Source: Helicobacter cetorum (GTDB lineage: Bacteria > Campylobacterota > Campylobacteria > Campylobacterales > UBA6016). Taken from it: a stretch of DNA of 64,000 bases. The notes beneath the pieces are model-generated. The model worked only from the letters and a program-made list of their open reading frames with translations. It searched no databases and was not told the origin of the DNA. The stretch lies in NCBI GenBank assembly GCA_022729705.1, contig DZAX01000010.1, forward strand, positions 5,037-69,036, given 5' to 3'. The translations under genes were made by a program, and so were the position numbers. This document shows, one piece after another, positions 27,466-36,562 of this stretch. Within the stretch, counting starts at the first letter, position 1; the number at the start of each line of letters is the position of its first letter.

Positions 27466-27985
27466 AATAAACTTTAGTATTGTAGATGAACTGTATGTAA
27501 ATTTTCTAGAAGTAATTTCTTCTATTCCAGTCGAGGAAATTACTAGAAAAAATTTAACTACAAACGAACTTACAAAAAATTATGTATTGGCTATAGGTAG
27601 TTTTTTTGAGCATACAATTACAGAATTGCTTGTGGACTATGTATGCAATGCAACCAATAACAATGAAACTATTATTAGTTTAATTAAAAATAAAGCCATC
27701 AAAAGACAATTTCATACATACTTTAATTGGGATGGGAATAATGTCAATACTTTTTTGACTCTTCTTGGAGATATAAAAACTAAACAATTTAATAAAGAAT
27801 TAAAAGATAACCAAGAACTAAAAGATGGTGTTGCTAGTTTTTTAACGCTTGGTCGAAAGAGAAACGAACTTGTTCACACAAATTTTGGGGCAATATCCAT
27901 TGAAAAGACAATAGAGGAATACGCTGAAGAGTTTGGGCGGTCAAAGTTTTTTTTAACATTTACGGCTTCTTTGCTATTTCAATAA
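27446..27985 (+). CDS. HEPN-like protein (Rx4H motif)
   Basis: GRKRNELVHTNFG contains R-N-E-L-V-H, which fits Rx4-6H. Predicted all-helical, about 180 aa. Overlaps the end of the DUF262 gene; alternative starts are GTG 27437, ATG 27446 and ATG 27458. Confidence 0.6.
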   Translation: MSYTMHKINFSIVDELYVNFLEVISSIPVEEITRKNLTTNELTKNYVLAIGSFFEHTITELLVDYVCNATNNNETIISLIKNKAIKRQFHTYFNWDGNNVNTFLTLLGDIKTKQFNKELKDNQELKDGVASFLTLGRKRNELVHTNFGAISIEKTIEEYAEEFGRSKFFLTFTASLLFQ

Positions 27986-28298
27986 AAGCTTCTTTATTAA
28001 TGACTCCGCACAAACACCCTCTCCTATTATTCCTTTATACTCCGCATGGTCCAGCCCTGTCAAATCAGCAATTCTAACTGATTTTTTTATGCCCTATAAA
28101 TAAGGGGTTCTGCGGTTGTCGTATAAGCAAAATTAGATATTTTTTTCACATAATTTTTATAATATTTTTATTGCCGCTCTTATCTAAAAGACTCAATAAA
28201 GAGTTTACAGACGAGTGCCCCAAAGAAAAGCTATATTTGGCAAAGTTGTGCTTTTGTTAAAAATATCGGTTAGAATTGCTGTTGCCAAATCCCTCACG

Positions 28299-28327
28299 TT
28301 GACATTTAGCCTCAATAAGTATATACT
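28299..28327 (+). promoter_or_regulatory. Sigma70-type promoter for vapBC
   Basis: TTGACA (28299-28304), a 17-nt spacer, then TATACT (28322-28327). AAGGAG Shine-Dalgarno at 28348-28353; ATG at 28360. Confidence 0.6.
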
Positions 28328-28359
28328 CTAAAATATATATTAAAAACAAGGAGTTTATT

Positions 28360-28602
28360 ATGACGGCAACAGCAAAACTCTTTCAAAACGGTCAAAGTCA
28401 AGCTGTAAGACTTCCAAAGGAGTTTCGGTTTAACGGTGAGAGCGAGGTGGATATAAGTAGGCTGGGGGATTTTGTCATCCTTAGCCCGCACAAAAGCAAC
28501 AGATGGCAGAATCTCGTCGAAGCGGTGGGCGAGTTTAGCGATGATTTTGCTCTTGCGAGAGAAGATTTGCCGTCGCAACATAGAGCGGAGCTGTTCTCGT
28601 GA
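28360..28602 (+). CDS. vapB: VapB antitoxin (AbrB/SpoVT fold)
   Basis: KLFQNGQSQAVRLPKEFRF. 4-nt overlap with the PIN gene. Confidence 0.85.
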   Translation: MTATAKLFQNGQSQAVRLPKEFRFNGESEVDISRLGDFVILSPHKSNRWQNLVEAVGEFSDDFALAREDLPSQHRAELFS

Positions 28603-29006
28603 GCTATATGTTAGACACCAATATCTGCATCTACATCATCAACAACAAACCAAAAGCGGTACTAGATAGATTTTTGGCTCTTGGCGAAAGTGAAAGAGTC
28701 TATATATCGGCTATCAGCGTGGCAGAGTTGTTCTATGGACTGGCAAAAAGCTCATCGCCAAAAAAAGAGCAAAACAAACTCGCCCTCATAAAATTCCTCT
28801 CGCCCCTTGAGACAGTGCCGTTTGATGATAAAGTCGCCATAGAATACGGAAGCATAAGAGCAACGCTAGAAAAATCAGGTAGCCCTATCGGCGCAAACGA
28901 CCTCTTCATCGCCGCTCACGCCGTCTCTATGGGTGTTACGCTTGTCACGAACAATACAAAAGAGTTTGAGAGAGTGGACGATTTGAAATTAGAAAATTGG
29001 GCGTGA
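28599..29006 (+). CDS. vapC: VapC PIN-domain toxin
   Basis: MLDTNICIYIIN, SAISVAELFYG, ANDLFIAAHA, LVTNNTKEF. Confidence 0.9.
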   Translation: MSYMLDTNICIYIINNKPKAVLDRFLALGESERVYISAISVAELFYGLAKSSSPKKEQNKLALIKFLSPLETVPFDDKVAIEYGSIRATLEKSGSPIGANDLFIAAHAVSMGVTLVTNNTKEFERVDDLKLENWA

Positions 29007-29008
29007 TT

Positions 29009-29027
29009 AAGTTTAGGGGACTAAACA
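29009..29027 (+). repeat. Solo copy of the IS-end-like motif (AAGTTTAGGGGACTAAACA)
   Basis: 18/19 identical to 41234-41252. Lies 3 nt after the vapC stop. Confidence 0.55.
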
Positions 29028-29112
29028 ATTGCAGTGTTTATAATTATGAGGTATTAATTTTTTGACATTTATTATGCAACTTTGGTTCCTGAAGTTGCAG
29101 GGTGGTAAATGG

Positions 29113-29754
29113 TTACCTTTGTTTGGTTTTACTTTTAGTAACTTTTTTGGCGGGTTGTTTTTTCTTTGATGATTTTTTCAGTTTTTTGGACTTCTTTGAT
29201 GATTTCTTTGATAATTTCTTGCTGGTGCTTGCCTTAAACACATCGCTTGTATCCGCTCCAATTAAGTTTGTGTTTGAAGTTTTGGCTCCCACCATATTTG
29301 CATTTTTGAGATTAGCCCCGACCATTTCTGAGTTTTCTAGGTTTGCCTCTTTGAGGTAAGCACCCTGCATTTTTGAGTTTTTGAAGTTTGTATTTGATAG
29401 GTTGGCGCGCTTGAATATAGCTCCGCTAGCATCCGCACCCTCAAAATCAGAACCAGATATGTTTGAGCTTCTAAAACTAGCTCCCTTTAAATTTGCTCCC
29501 TTAAAATTCACCTTTTTTACGTTTGCGTCGTCTATGCTGGCGCCAAGTAGGTTTGCCCCCTCAAAATTAGCGCCTTGCAAATCCGCACCGCTAATATTTG
29601 CAAACTCCAAAAATGAGTTTTGCAGATTGACGCCTTTTAGGTCGCATTTTGCGCACTCTTTTGTCTCCAGAAGTCTTTTTACGTTATCGTCCACATCCGC
29701 AAAAGCGCAAATGCTTATGCCCGATAAGACGACCAATATAAAAAATTTATTCAT
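29113..29754 (-). CDS. Secreted pentapeptide-repeat protein with a Lys/Ser-rich basic tail
   Basis: Signal peptide MNKFFILVVLSGISICAFA. About 25 A(D/N)LxG-type pentapeptide units. C-terminal KKLSKKSSKKSKKLKKSSKKKQPAKK. Confidence 0.8.
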   Translation of the reverse strand: MNKFFILVVLSGISICAFADVDDNVKRLLETKECAKCDLKGVNLQNSFLEFANISGADLQGANFEGANLLGASIDDANVKKVNFKGANLKGASFRSSNISGSDFEGADASGAIFKRANLSNTNFKNSKMQGAYLKEANLENSEMVGANLKNANMVGAKTSNTNLIGADTSDVFKASTSKKLSKKSSKKSKKLKKSSKKKQPAKKVTKSKTKQR

Positions 29755-29967
29755 ACTTTCTCCTTGTTGAACCTCTTGCGAACTCGCAATACACTATGAG
29801 TTTATGATAACGAAGCTTTTATAAATTCACAACGTTGTTTCTTGTTCAAAGCTATCCTCTTAGCTGGGTATACCCCATTTTTTCATTGTGACTTCACAGT
29901 CGTTATGCTCATTGTCGCTAAAGCTTTCATAGCAGATTCCAAACTTCGTAGCCTCTAGATGCTTTTT

Positions 29968-30807
29968 TTAATCTCTGTTTAATCCGCCTTTTTTAAGCGT
30001 CAAAAGGGCGTTTTTATATATCGGAGCGTCTATAAAACCAAACCTCTCATCTTTAAAACCGCCTATACCAAGGGCTTCATTTTTTTCGTAAATCTCTTTG
30101 ATATAAAGCGCGTCTTTTAACATATTAGGCGAAGGCGCAAAAAACTCGTTTACTCTTTTTACCTGAGCGGGAGAGATACACGCTTTTGCCTCAAAACCTA
30201 TATTTTTTTCTATTGATAGCCACTCCTCAAAACCGTCCATATCTGTGTAGTTTTGCCATACAAAAGAGACGGGAGTAAAGCCAAAACTTCGCGAATCAAC
30301 AACAAATTTACTCATTATGTATCTAAGCGTGTCACTTTTTGTCTCTATCATCCACGACCCAAGCCCCAAATCTTCCAATAAATCTATAGCTCCCAAAAAA
30401 AGCGTTGTTACCCTTTTACTCACTTTTAACTTCTCAATTTTGTGAAAAGCCTCTTTTGTTTCTATCGTTAGGTGTATGTCGATAGATGGGTTAATCGCCT
30501 CCTCTATCCTCAAAAGTTCATCAACGCTTCGCAATTTTGGAATTCTAATAGCGTTTAACGCCGTTTTGTTTAACGCCTCTATCTCTTTTACAAAAAATGG
30601 AGAGTCTATGGGATTTGTTCTCACGCACATCATCGCTTTAGCGTTTTTAAGATGCGATAGGACGTTTACGGTAGCCGTCAACGCCTCTTCTTTTTTTGCG
30701 TCCGCCACCCCGTCTTCGAGATTTATGATCGCTACATCGGCTTCGACGACAGAGAGTTTTTCCAAGTGTTTTGGATTTGTGGGATTTATCATAAGGGAGC
30801 TTCTCAT
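29968..30807 (-). CDS. HpcH/HpaI aldolase / citrate-lyase beta (CitE)-like protein
   Basis: INPTNPKHLEKL...ADVAIINLEDGV and IRIPKLRS are CitE-like N-terminal signatures. Confidence 0.6.
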   Translation of the reverse strand: MRSSLMINPTNPKHLEKLSVVEADVAIINLEDGVADAKKEEALTATVNVLSHLKNAKAMMCVRTNPIDSPFFVKEIEALNKTALNAIRIPKLRSVDELLRIEEAINPSIDIHLTIETKEAFHKIEKLKVSKRVTTLFLGAIDLLEDLGLGSWMIETKSDTLRYIMSKFVVDSRSFGFTPVSFVWQNYTDMDGFEEWLSIEKNIGFEAKACISPAQVKRVNEFFAPSPNMLKDALYIKEIYEKNEALGIGGFKDERFGFIDAPIYKNALLTLKKGGLNRD

Positions 30808-30910
30808 ATAGCTTGCCTTGTTTTTACGCTTATTTTATCATATAGAGTTCAATATACAAACAAAGTTTATTTGGGTGTAAAATATAATTTGTTAATTATT
30901 TGTTAATTTA

Positions 30911-30924
30911 TTGACTTACATCAA
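30911..30924. promoter_or_regulatory. CRP/FNR-type palindrome upstream of nosZ
   Basis: TTGAC-TTAC-ATCAA versus the consensus TTGAT-N4-ATCAA. It is centred about 90 nt upstream of the nosZ ATG and flanked by four TTGTTAAT repeats (30889, 30900, 30937, 30961). Confidence 0.45.
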
Positions 30925-31007
30925 GGTTTTAATTTATTGTTAATAATAGAATTGTATCGCTTGTTAATGTATTTTTGCACTAAAGTAAAAAAAATAGGAG
31001 TCCATAT

Positions 31008-33602
31008 ATGCGAATATCTCTCACGAAAAGTGCTATTATAGCTTGTGCTATGCTAGTCGGTTCCGAGATAGGTTTTGCTGCAAATACTCTTCAGGATGTG
31101 ATGAAAGCAAGAAAACTTTCAGAAAAAGATGTTTTGGCAGCCGCCAAAACATACCAACCATCAGGTAGAAAAGATGAATTTGTAGTGTTTAGTTCTGGCG
31201 GACAATCTGGTCAGGTTCTTGTTTACGGTGTGCCTTCCATGAGAATCTACAAATATATCGGTGTTTTCACACCGGAGCCTTGGCAAGGATACGGCTTTGA
31301 CGAAGAGTCAAAAAAGGTTCTTAGACAAGGTAATATTAGAGGCAAAGAGATAAATTGGGGCGATACTCACCACCCTGCGCTTACAGAGAAAAATGGTGAA
31401 TATGCAGGCGATTACCTGTTTATCAACGACAAAGCAAATCCTAGAATTGCCGTTATAAACCTTCACGATTTTGAAACGGTACAAATTGCTACAAACCCTA
31501 TTTTAAAAAGTGAACACGGCGGAGCGTTTGTAACTCCAAACACCGAGTATGTTATTGAAACTAGCCAATATGCGGCTCCGCTTGATAACGACTACCACCC
31601 TATAGAGGATTATGCAGAAACCTATAGAGGCGCTGCTACGCTTTGGAAATTTGACTACAAAAAAGGTCGTATAGACGAAAAAGCCTCTTTTTCGCTTGAA
31701 CTTCCACCGTATATGCAAGACCTTAGCGACGCCGGAAAAGGCGAATCTATGGGCTGGGCATTTACAAACTCGTTTAATAGCGAAATGTATACCGGCGGTA
31801 TTCAAAAAGGATTGCCTCCATTTGAAGCGGGTATGAGTAGAAACGATACGGACTATATGCATGTATATAACTGGCAAATGTTAGAAAAACTTGCAAAAGA
31901 CCCAAAAAATGTTAAAGTAATTAATGGACATAGAGTTGTTACTATAGAAGCTGCGGTAAAAGCCGGAGCGCTATTTTTGATTCCGGAGTCAAAATCACCG
32001 CACGGCGTGGATGTAAATCCAGACGGTAGATTTATTGTTGTTGGCGGTAAACTAGACACGCACGCTTCAGTTTATGACTTTAGAAAAATCAAAGCAGCGA
32101 TCGATAAAAAAGACTTTATCGGTAAAGACCCATACGGTATTCCAATTATTGATATGAAAAAAGCTCTTCACGGGCAGCTTGAGCTTGGTCTTGGGCCTCT
32201 GCATCATACATACGATGCAAAAGACGGTGTTATTTATACGTCTTTGTATGTTGATAGCCAAATCGTAAAATGGGATTATAAAACTCTCAAGATTATTGAT
32301 AGAATAAATGTCCATTATAATATCGGACACTTGGACTCTATGGAAGGCAAGTCTACAAAACCAAAAGGTCAATTTGCGATAGCTCTTGACAAATTGTCTA
32401 TCGATAGATTTAACCCAGTTGGACCGCTTCATCCGCAAAATCACCAACTTATCGATATTAGCGGACCAAAAATGGAGTTACTATACGATATGCCGATTCC
32501 TTTGGGTGAACCGCATGATGTAATCTCGATTGCGGCTAGCAAAATAAAAGCCGCTACAACTTACGAAATGGGTACCAACAGCAGAACCGGAATAAAGCAT
32601 GAGGGTATGACGCTTGCGGGGCAAGAAAAAATCGTTAGAAACGGCAAAGATGTAAAAGTATATGCAACTTTGGTTAGAAGCCATATTAACCCTGAGCATA
32701 TTACCGTAAACAAAGGCGACAATGTCACTATATATCTAACAAATCTAGAGAGAGCTCAAGACGAGACTCACGGTTTTGGAATCGACGGACTAGATGTTCA
32801 CGCCTCTGTTGAGCCTGGTAAAACAGTTTCTGTTAAGTTTAAAGCAGAGCAAGAAGGTGTTTATCCATACTATTGTACTGAATTTTGTTCAGCTCTTCAC
32901 TTAGAGATGATGGGCTATTTGATGGTTAAAGATCCAAGCAAGAAGTATGAGCCGGCTAAAAAGATGATGTTTAAAACGATGTCAAAAGAGCAACTTGAAG
33001 CAGAATACAGAAAAACTATCGCTACTAACAAAGCTACGGACGATGTAATCCAAAGCGTTGTTAAATTTCTAAAAGAAAAACACTTTGAGAAATATCCGGT
33101 AGTTAAAAAGCTTGTTGAAGATGCGCTTGACCAATACGGTAAAATTCCAGCTGAGAAGAAAAAAGCTGATGCTGAATACAAAAAAGGCAATATTGAACAA
33201 GCCTTGTTGTGGGAAGGTCAAATTTGGCAGTATATGGTTAAGACGGCAGACGTTGGTCTAAGAGCCAAAGGTCAACTAGCAAAAGAGCTTGCAACTAAAA
33301 TGTCTCCGGCTGCGGCAAGAGGAGAAGAAGCTTTCCTAAGAGGCGGTTGCTCTGGATGCCATGTTATTGGAAAAGTAAGCTCGGGTCCAGACTTGACGGG
33401 TTCTCTAGCGAGACACGAGAATGGCGAAAAATGGGTTGCCGAATTTATTAAAAATCCTCAGTCTAAATTTAACGAGGATTATGTAAAAGCGATGATTAAC
33501 TTCTTTAACCTAAGAATGCCAAATCAGAATATGAAAGATAGCGAGATAAAAGATATTATTGAGTATCTAAAATGGGCGGATAAAAACGCAGGACTATTTT
33601 AG
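31008..33602 (+). CDS. nosZ: Nitrous-oxide reductase, clade II, with a C-terminal monohaem cytochrome c domain (cNosZ)
   Basis: Sec-type signal peptide. CuA site CTEFCSALHLEMMGY. C-terminal CSGCH haem motif. 864 aa. Confidence 0.95.
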   Translation: MRISLTKSAIIACAMLVGSEIGFAANTLQDVMKARKLSEKDVLAAAKTYQPSGRKDEFVVFSSGGQSGQVLVYGVPSMRIYKYIGVFTPEPWQGYGFDEESKKVLRQGNIRGKEINWGDTHHPALTEKNGEYAGDYLFINDKANPRIAVINLHDFETVQIATNPILKSEHGGAFVTPNTEYVIETSQYAAPLDNDYHPIEDYAETYRGAATLWKFDYKKGRIDEKASFSLELPPYMQDLSDAGKGESMGWAFTNSFNSEMYTGGIQKGLPPFEAGMSRNDTDYMHVYNWQMLEKLAKDPKNVKVINGHRVVTIEAAVKAGALFLIPESKSPHGVDVNPDGRFIVVGGKLDTHASVYDFRKIKAAIDKKDFIGKDPYGIPIIDMKKALHGQLELGLGPLHHTYDAKDGVIYTSLYVDSQIVKWDYKTLKIIDRINVHYNIGHLDSMEGKSTKPKGQFAIALDKLSIDRFNPVGPLHPQNHQLIDISGPKMELLYDMPIPLGEPHDVISIAASKIKAATTYEMGTNSRTGIKHEGMTLAGQEKIVRNGKDVKVYATLVRSHINPEHITVNKGDNVTIYLTNLERAQDETHGFGIDGLDVHASVEPGKTVSVKFKAEQEGVYPYYCTEFCSALHLEMMGYLMVKDPSKKYEPAKKMMFKTMSKEQLEAEYRKTIATNKATDDVIQSVVKFLKEKHFEKYPVVKKLVEDALDQYGKIPAEKKKADAEYKKGNIEQALLWEGQIWQYMVKTADVGLRAKGQLAKELATKMSPAAARGEEAFLRGGCSGCHVIGKVSSGPDLTGSLARHENGEKWVAEFIKNPQSKFNEDYVKAMINFFNLRMPNQNMKDSEIKDIIEYLKWADKNAGLF

Positions 33603-33618
33603 TAGATAGTTTTCTTCT

Positions 33619-33656
33619 GGCAAGCAGAGGCTTTATGCTTTTGCTTGCCTTTTTTA
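33619..33656 (+). terminator. Rho-independent terminator after nosZ
   Basis: GGCAAGCA ... TGCTTGCC stem followed by TTTTTTATTTT. Confidence 0.6.
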
Positions 33657-33757
33657 TTTTTATTATTTGATCTGCGTCAATAAAAAAAAGATGGTAAAGT
33701 TGTATATTTCTGTGTGTCTTATTATAAGCACAGATAAATATACAATAAGGATGGGTT

Positions 33758-34522
33758 ATGAAGAAATCTATTTTGTTCGCCAGTGTTGCGCTGGCGCTAT
33801 TCACCATATGTTTTACTTTGCCAACGCTGGGTTTTCATGGTGTCTTAGATAAAATAAAGAGTGGACAAAGCGATAAAATCTCAAGTTTTGTATATCCCAT
33901 GTGGAATCTATATCAAACGGGTAGATATGTAAGCTCTACAACGCCAAAAGGCGCTGTAGGAGATTTGAAAAAAATGATAGAGGCAAACGGAGAAATAGGC
34001 GTGGCTTCTATGCCTATATGGTATGTTTCGCTTGAAGCTCCAAACTATCCAAAAGAAGCGTTTCCAGATGGAATTCCTGTGTATTTTCATCTTGACGGAT
34101 ATAGCGGCGACGTGCATGAAATGAATACGATAAACCATTATATTGGTATGTTTCCGATGGAGCATGGCGGACAATTGGAGCGAAAAATAGTTCCATATCT
34201 TTTACTGGTAATTACTCTTATGATTATATGGTTTAATTTTATTAAAAGCAAATGGGCGTCGCTACTTATGATTCCTACCGTGGTTATGCCAATAGGTTTT
34301 ATGATTGATTATTCCGGATGGCTTTATTGGTTTGGACACAATATGCAAAATTTTGGAGCCTTCACTATAAAACCGTTTATGCCTACCGTTTTTGGAGATG
34401 GTAAGGTGGCACAATTTACTACGCACTCCTATCCAAGTATTGGATTTTTTGTATTAGTGATTATCGCTATTTTTTCACTTTTAGCTATTATGTCAAAAAA
34501 CAAAGAGTTAAAAACTCAATGA
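33758..34522 (+). CDS. nosB: NosB-type integral membrane protein
   Basis: Position directly after nosZ, multiple TM helices, and a periplasmic N-terminal domain. The name is assigned by synteny with Wolinella-type nos clusters. Confidence 0.65.
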   Translation: MKKSILFASVALALFTICFTLPTLGFHGVLDKIKSGQSDKISSFVYPMWNLYQTGRYVSSTTPKGAVGDLKKMIEANGEIGVASMPIWYVSLEAPNYPKEAFPDGIPVYFHLDGYSGDVHEMNTINHYIGMFPMEHGGQLERKIVPYLLLVITLMIIWFNFIKSKWASLLMIPTVVMPIGFMIDYSGWLYWFGHNMQNFGAFTIKPFMPTVFGDGKVAQFTTHSYPSIGFFVLVIIAIFSLLAIMSKNKELKTQ

Positions 34523-35841
34523 AATATGTACTTTTGATTTTTTTGGCTTATTTTCAACTAAATACGGCGTGTGCGTATATAAGAGGAGACTCTTGTGATA
34601 GTGAAATTAATGACAAAAATAATACAAAAGCAACGATAAACAGTAGTCGCTCCACAGAGGCAAACGTTTTGCAAAAAGTTATAGACGATGCGGAAAATGG
34701 GGCGGTTATCAAGCTTCCAAAGGGGTTGTATAGGGGTAAGATAGTTATCAATAAACCGCTTACAATCGACGGAATTGATAAAGGTGCTATTATTCACGGT
34801 AACGGGGTTGGTAGCGTAATTGAAATCAACTCCCCAAATGTAACAATCAAAAACCTGACCATAAGAGGAAGCGGTAGCGGACACGATGGTATAGATAGTG
34901 CTGTATCGATAAAAAACGCTTTTTTTGTAAATATTTTAAATAATCGCATAGAAGATTGTCTTTTTGGTATTAACCTAGACAAAGTCAATCAATCAAAAAT
35001 AGAAGACAACTATATCACCTCAAAGCCGGTAAGTTTAGGTATTAGGGGCGACGCTATTAGAATGTGGTATAGCAATGAAAACTCTATTGCTAGAAATAAA
35101 ATATATAAATCAAGAGATTTAGTTATTTGGTACTCTAGCGGAAATAGAATAGAAGACAATGTGGGAAGTTATTGTAGGTATTCGCTTCATTTTATGTATG
35201 CCGGCAAAAATCTAGTACAAAATAACTATTTTGAGCATAACTCGGTTGGTATATTTTTTATGTACTCTAGTGGCACGACGGCAATTAATAATACAATCAA
35301 AAATTCTATAGGCTCTTTTGGGGTGGGAATAGGAATGAAAGACGCTTCAAATTTTAAACTTTACAACAATACGCTTGTCTATAACGCAAGAGGACTATAT
35401 ATTGACCAGTCACCATATCAACCTGGTTCGGTAAATAGCTATGAAAAAAATAATATTCTTTATAATACGGTCGGAATACAATTTCACGCCACACTGCATA
35501 GAAGTTTATTTTATGATAACAATTTAAAAGGAAATATGGAGACCGTCGTAAACGATACTCCTCAATCAAAAATGGCCTCCCTTAACGAGTGGGCTGGAAA
35601 TTATTTTGACGACTATGAAGGGCTTGATAGAAACAAAGACGGCATAGGAGATATACCATATATCAACAAAGCGTATGCAGATAAACTATGGCTTTATAAT
35701 AGCAGTATTAAGTTTTTTTACGGCTCTCCAGCGATGAGCTTGTTAAATTTTTTGGCAAAACTTATACCTTTTTCAGAACCAAATCTGCTTATAAGAGATG
35801 ATAAACCAAGGCTGAAGGCGCAATACGATGGAAACTATTGA
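34519..35841 (+). CDS. nosD: NosD periplasmic beta-helix protein (copper-centre maturation)
   Basis: Repeated parallel beta-helix units (NNxI.. repeats). 4-nt overlap with nosB. Confidence 0.8.
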   Translation: MKYVLLIFLAYFQLNTACAYIRGDSCDSEINDKNNTKATINSSRSTEANVLQKVIDDAENGAVIKLPKGLYRGKIVINKPLTIDGIDKGAIIHGNGVGSVIEINSPNVTIKNLTIRGSGSGHDGIDSAVSIKNAFFVNILNNRIEDCLFGINLDKVNQSKIEDNYITSKPVSLGIRGDAIRMWYSNENSIARNKIYKSRDLVIWYSSGNRIEDNVGSYCRYSLHFMYAGKNLVQNNYFEHNSVGIFFMYSSGTTAINNTIKNSIGSFGVGIGMKDASNFKLYNNTLVYNARGLYIDQSPYQPGSVNSYEKNNILYNTVGIQFHATLHRSLFYDNNLKGNMETVVNDTPQSKMASLNEWAGNYFDDYEGLDRNKDGIGDIPYINKAYADKLWLYNSSIKFFYGSPAMSLLNFLAKLIPFSEPNLLIRDDKPRLKAQYDGNY

Positions 35842-36562
35842 GACAAACAATAGAAGAGATTTTGTAATAAAAGCCGCCACGGTCGGCGCTTTTGTCGCAC
35901 TGGGCGGAATAAGTGCTTTTGTCGCACCAAGATTAAAAGCTAGCGAGATTTTTTTGCGCCCACCCGGCGCTGTTGAAGAAGAAGATTTTTTGGCTACTTG
36001 TATTAAATGCGGTCAATGTATACAAGTTTGCCCATACCACACTCTCTCTTTTTTGGATATTGGAAAGGGACATTTGGTGGGTACGCCATATGTTGACGCA
36101 AGAGCGCGCGGATGTTATTTGTGCGACTTATTACCATGTGTCTTGGCTTGCCCTAGCGGAGCTTTGGATCATCATGTAAGCGTGGCAAAAGACGTAAAAA
36201 TGGGTGTCGCTTTTTTAAAACGACCAGATACCTGTCTTGCTATGCGTGGTGAAATGGTAAAGGCAAAAGACCTTGAAAGAGTCCTCTCTCACTCGTCTGC
36301 AAACGAGCGAGAGATAAAAGTATTACAAAATTATAAGAAATATGAGAATAAACCTTGCACTATCTGTGCGGATATGTGCCCATACCCGCAAAAAGATAAA
36401 GCGATAGCTATGATGCAAGACAAAAAAGGCAGGTGGTATCCGCAGATAAGAGATGAATGTGTCGGTTGCGGAGTGTGCGAAGAGTTGTGTCCCGCCACAG
36501 AAGCGTCTTTGGTGATACTTCCTAGGGTGTCGTATGCTTCGATTTATAAAGGACAAATATGA
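35828..36562 (+). CDS. nosG: NosG (NapG-like) periplasmic 4Fe-4S ferredoxin
   Basis: Tat-like NRRDFVIKAAT. Cys clusters CIKCGQCIQVCP, CVGCGVCEELCP and others. Confidence 0.8.
   Translation: METIETNNRRDFVIKAATVGAFVALGGISAFVAPRLKASEIFLRPPGAVEEEDFLATCIKCGQCIQVCPYHTLSFLDIGKGHLVGTPYVDARARGCYLCDLLPCVLACPSGALDHHVSVAKDVKMGVAFLKRPDTCLAMRGEMVKAKDLERVLSHSSANEREIKVLQNYKKYENKPCTICADMCPYPQKDKAIAMMQDKKGRWYPQIRDECVGCGVCEELCPATEASLVILPRVSYASIYKGQI

Noticed and set aside
29113-29754. Strong short-period repetition that could be mistaken for a repeat array.
   Set aside because: The periodicity is 15 nt, lies inside a continuous ORF, and translates to pentapeptide repeats. It is coding, not CRISPR.
33556-33852. 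Small ORFs in the nosZ-nosB gap (33556-33807 minus, 33667-33852 plus).
   Set aside because: They overlap the terminator and the nosB start region, and their translations are featureless. nosB begins at 33758 with a plausible signal/TM segment.
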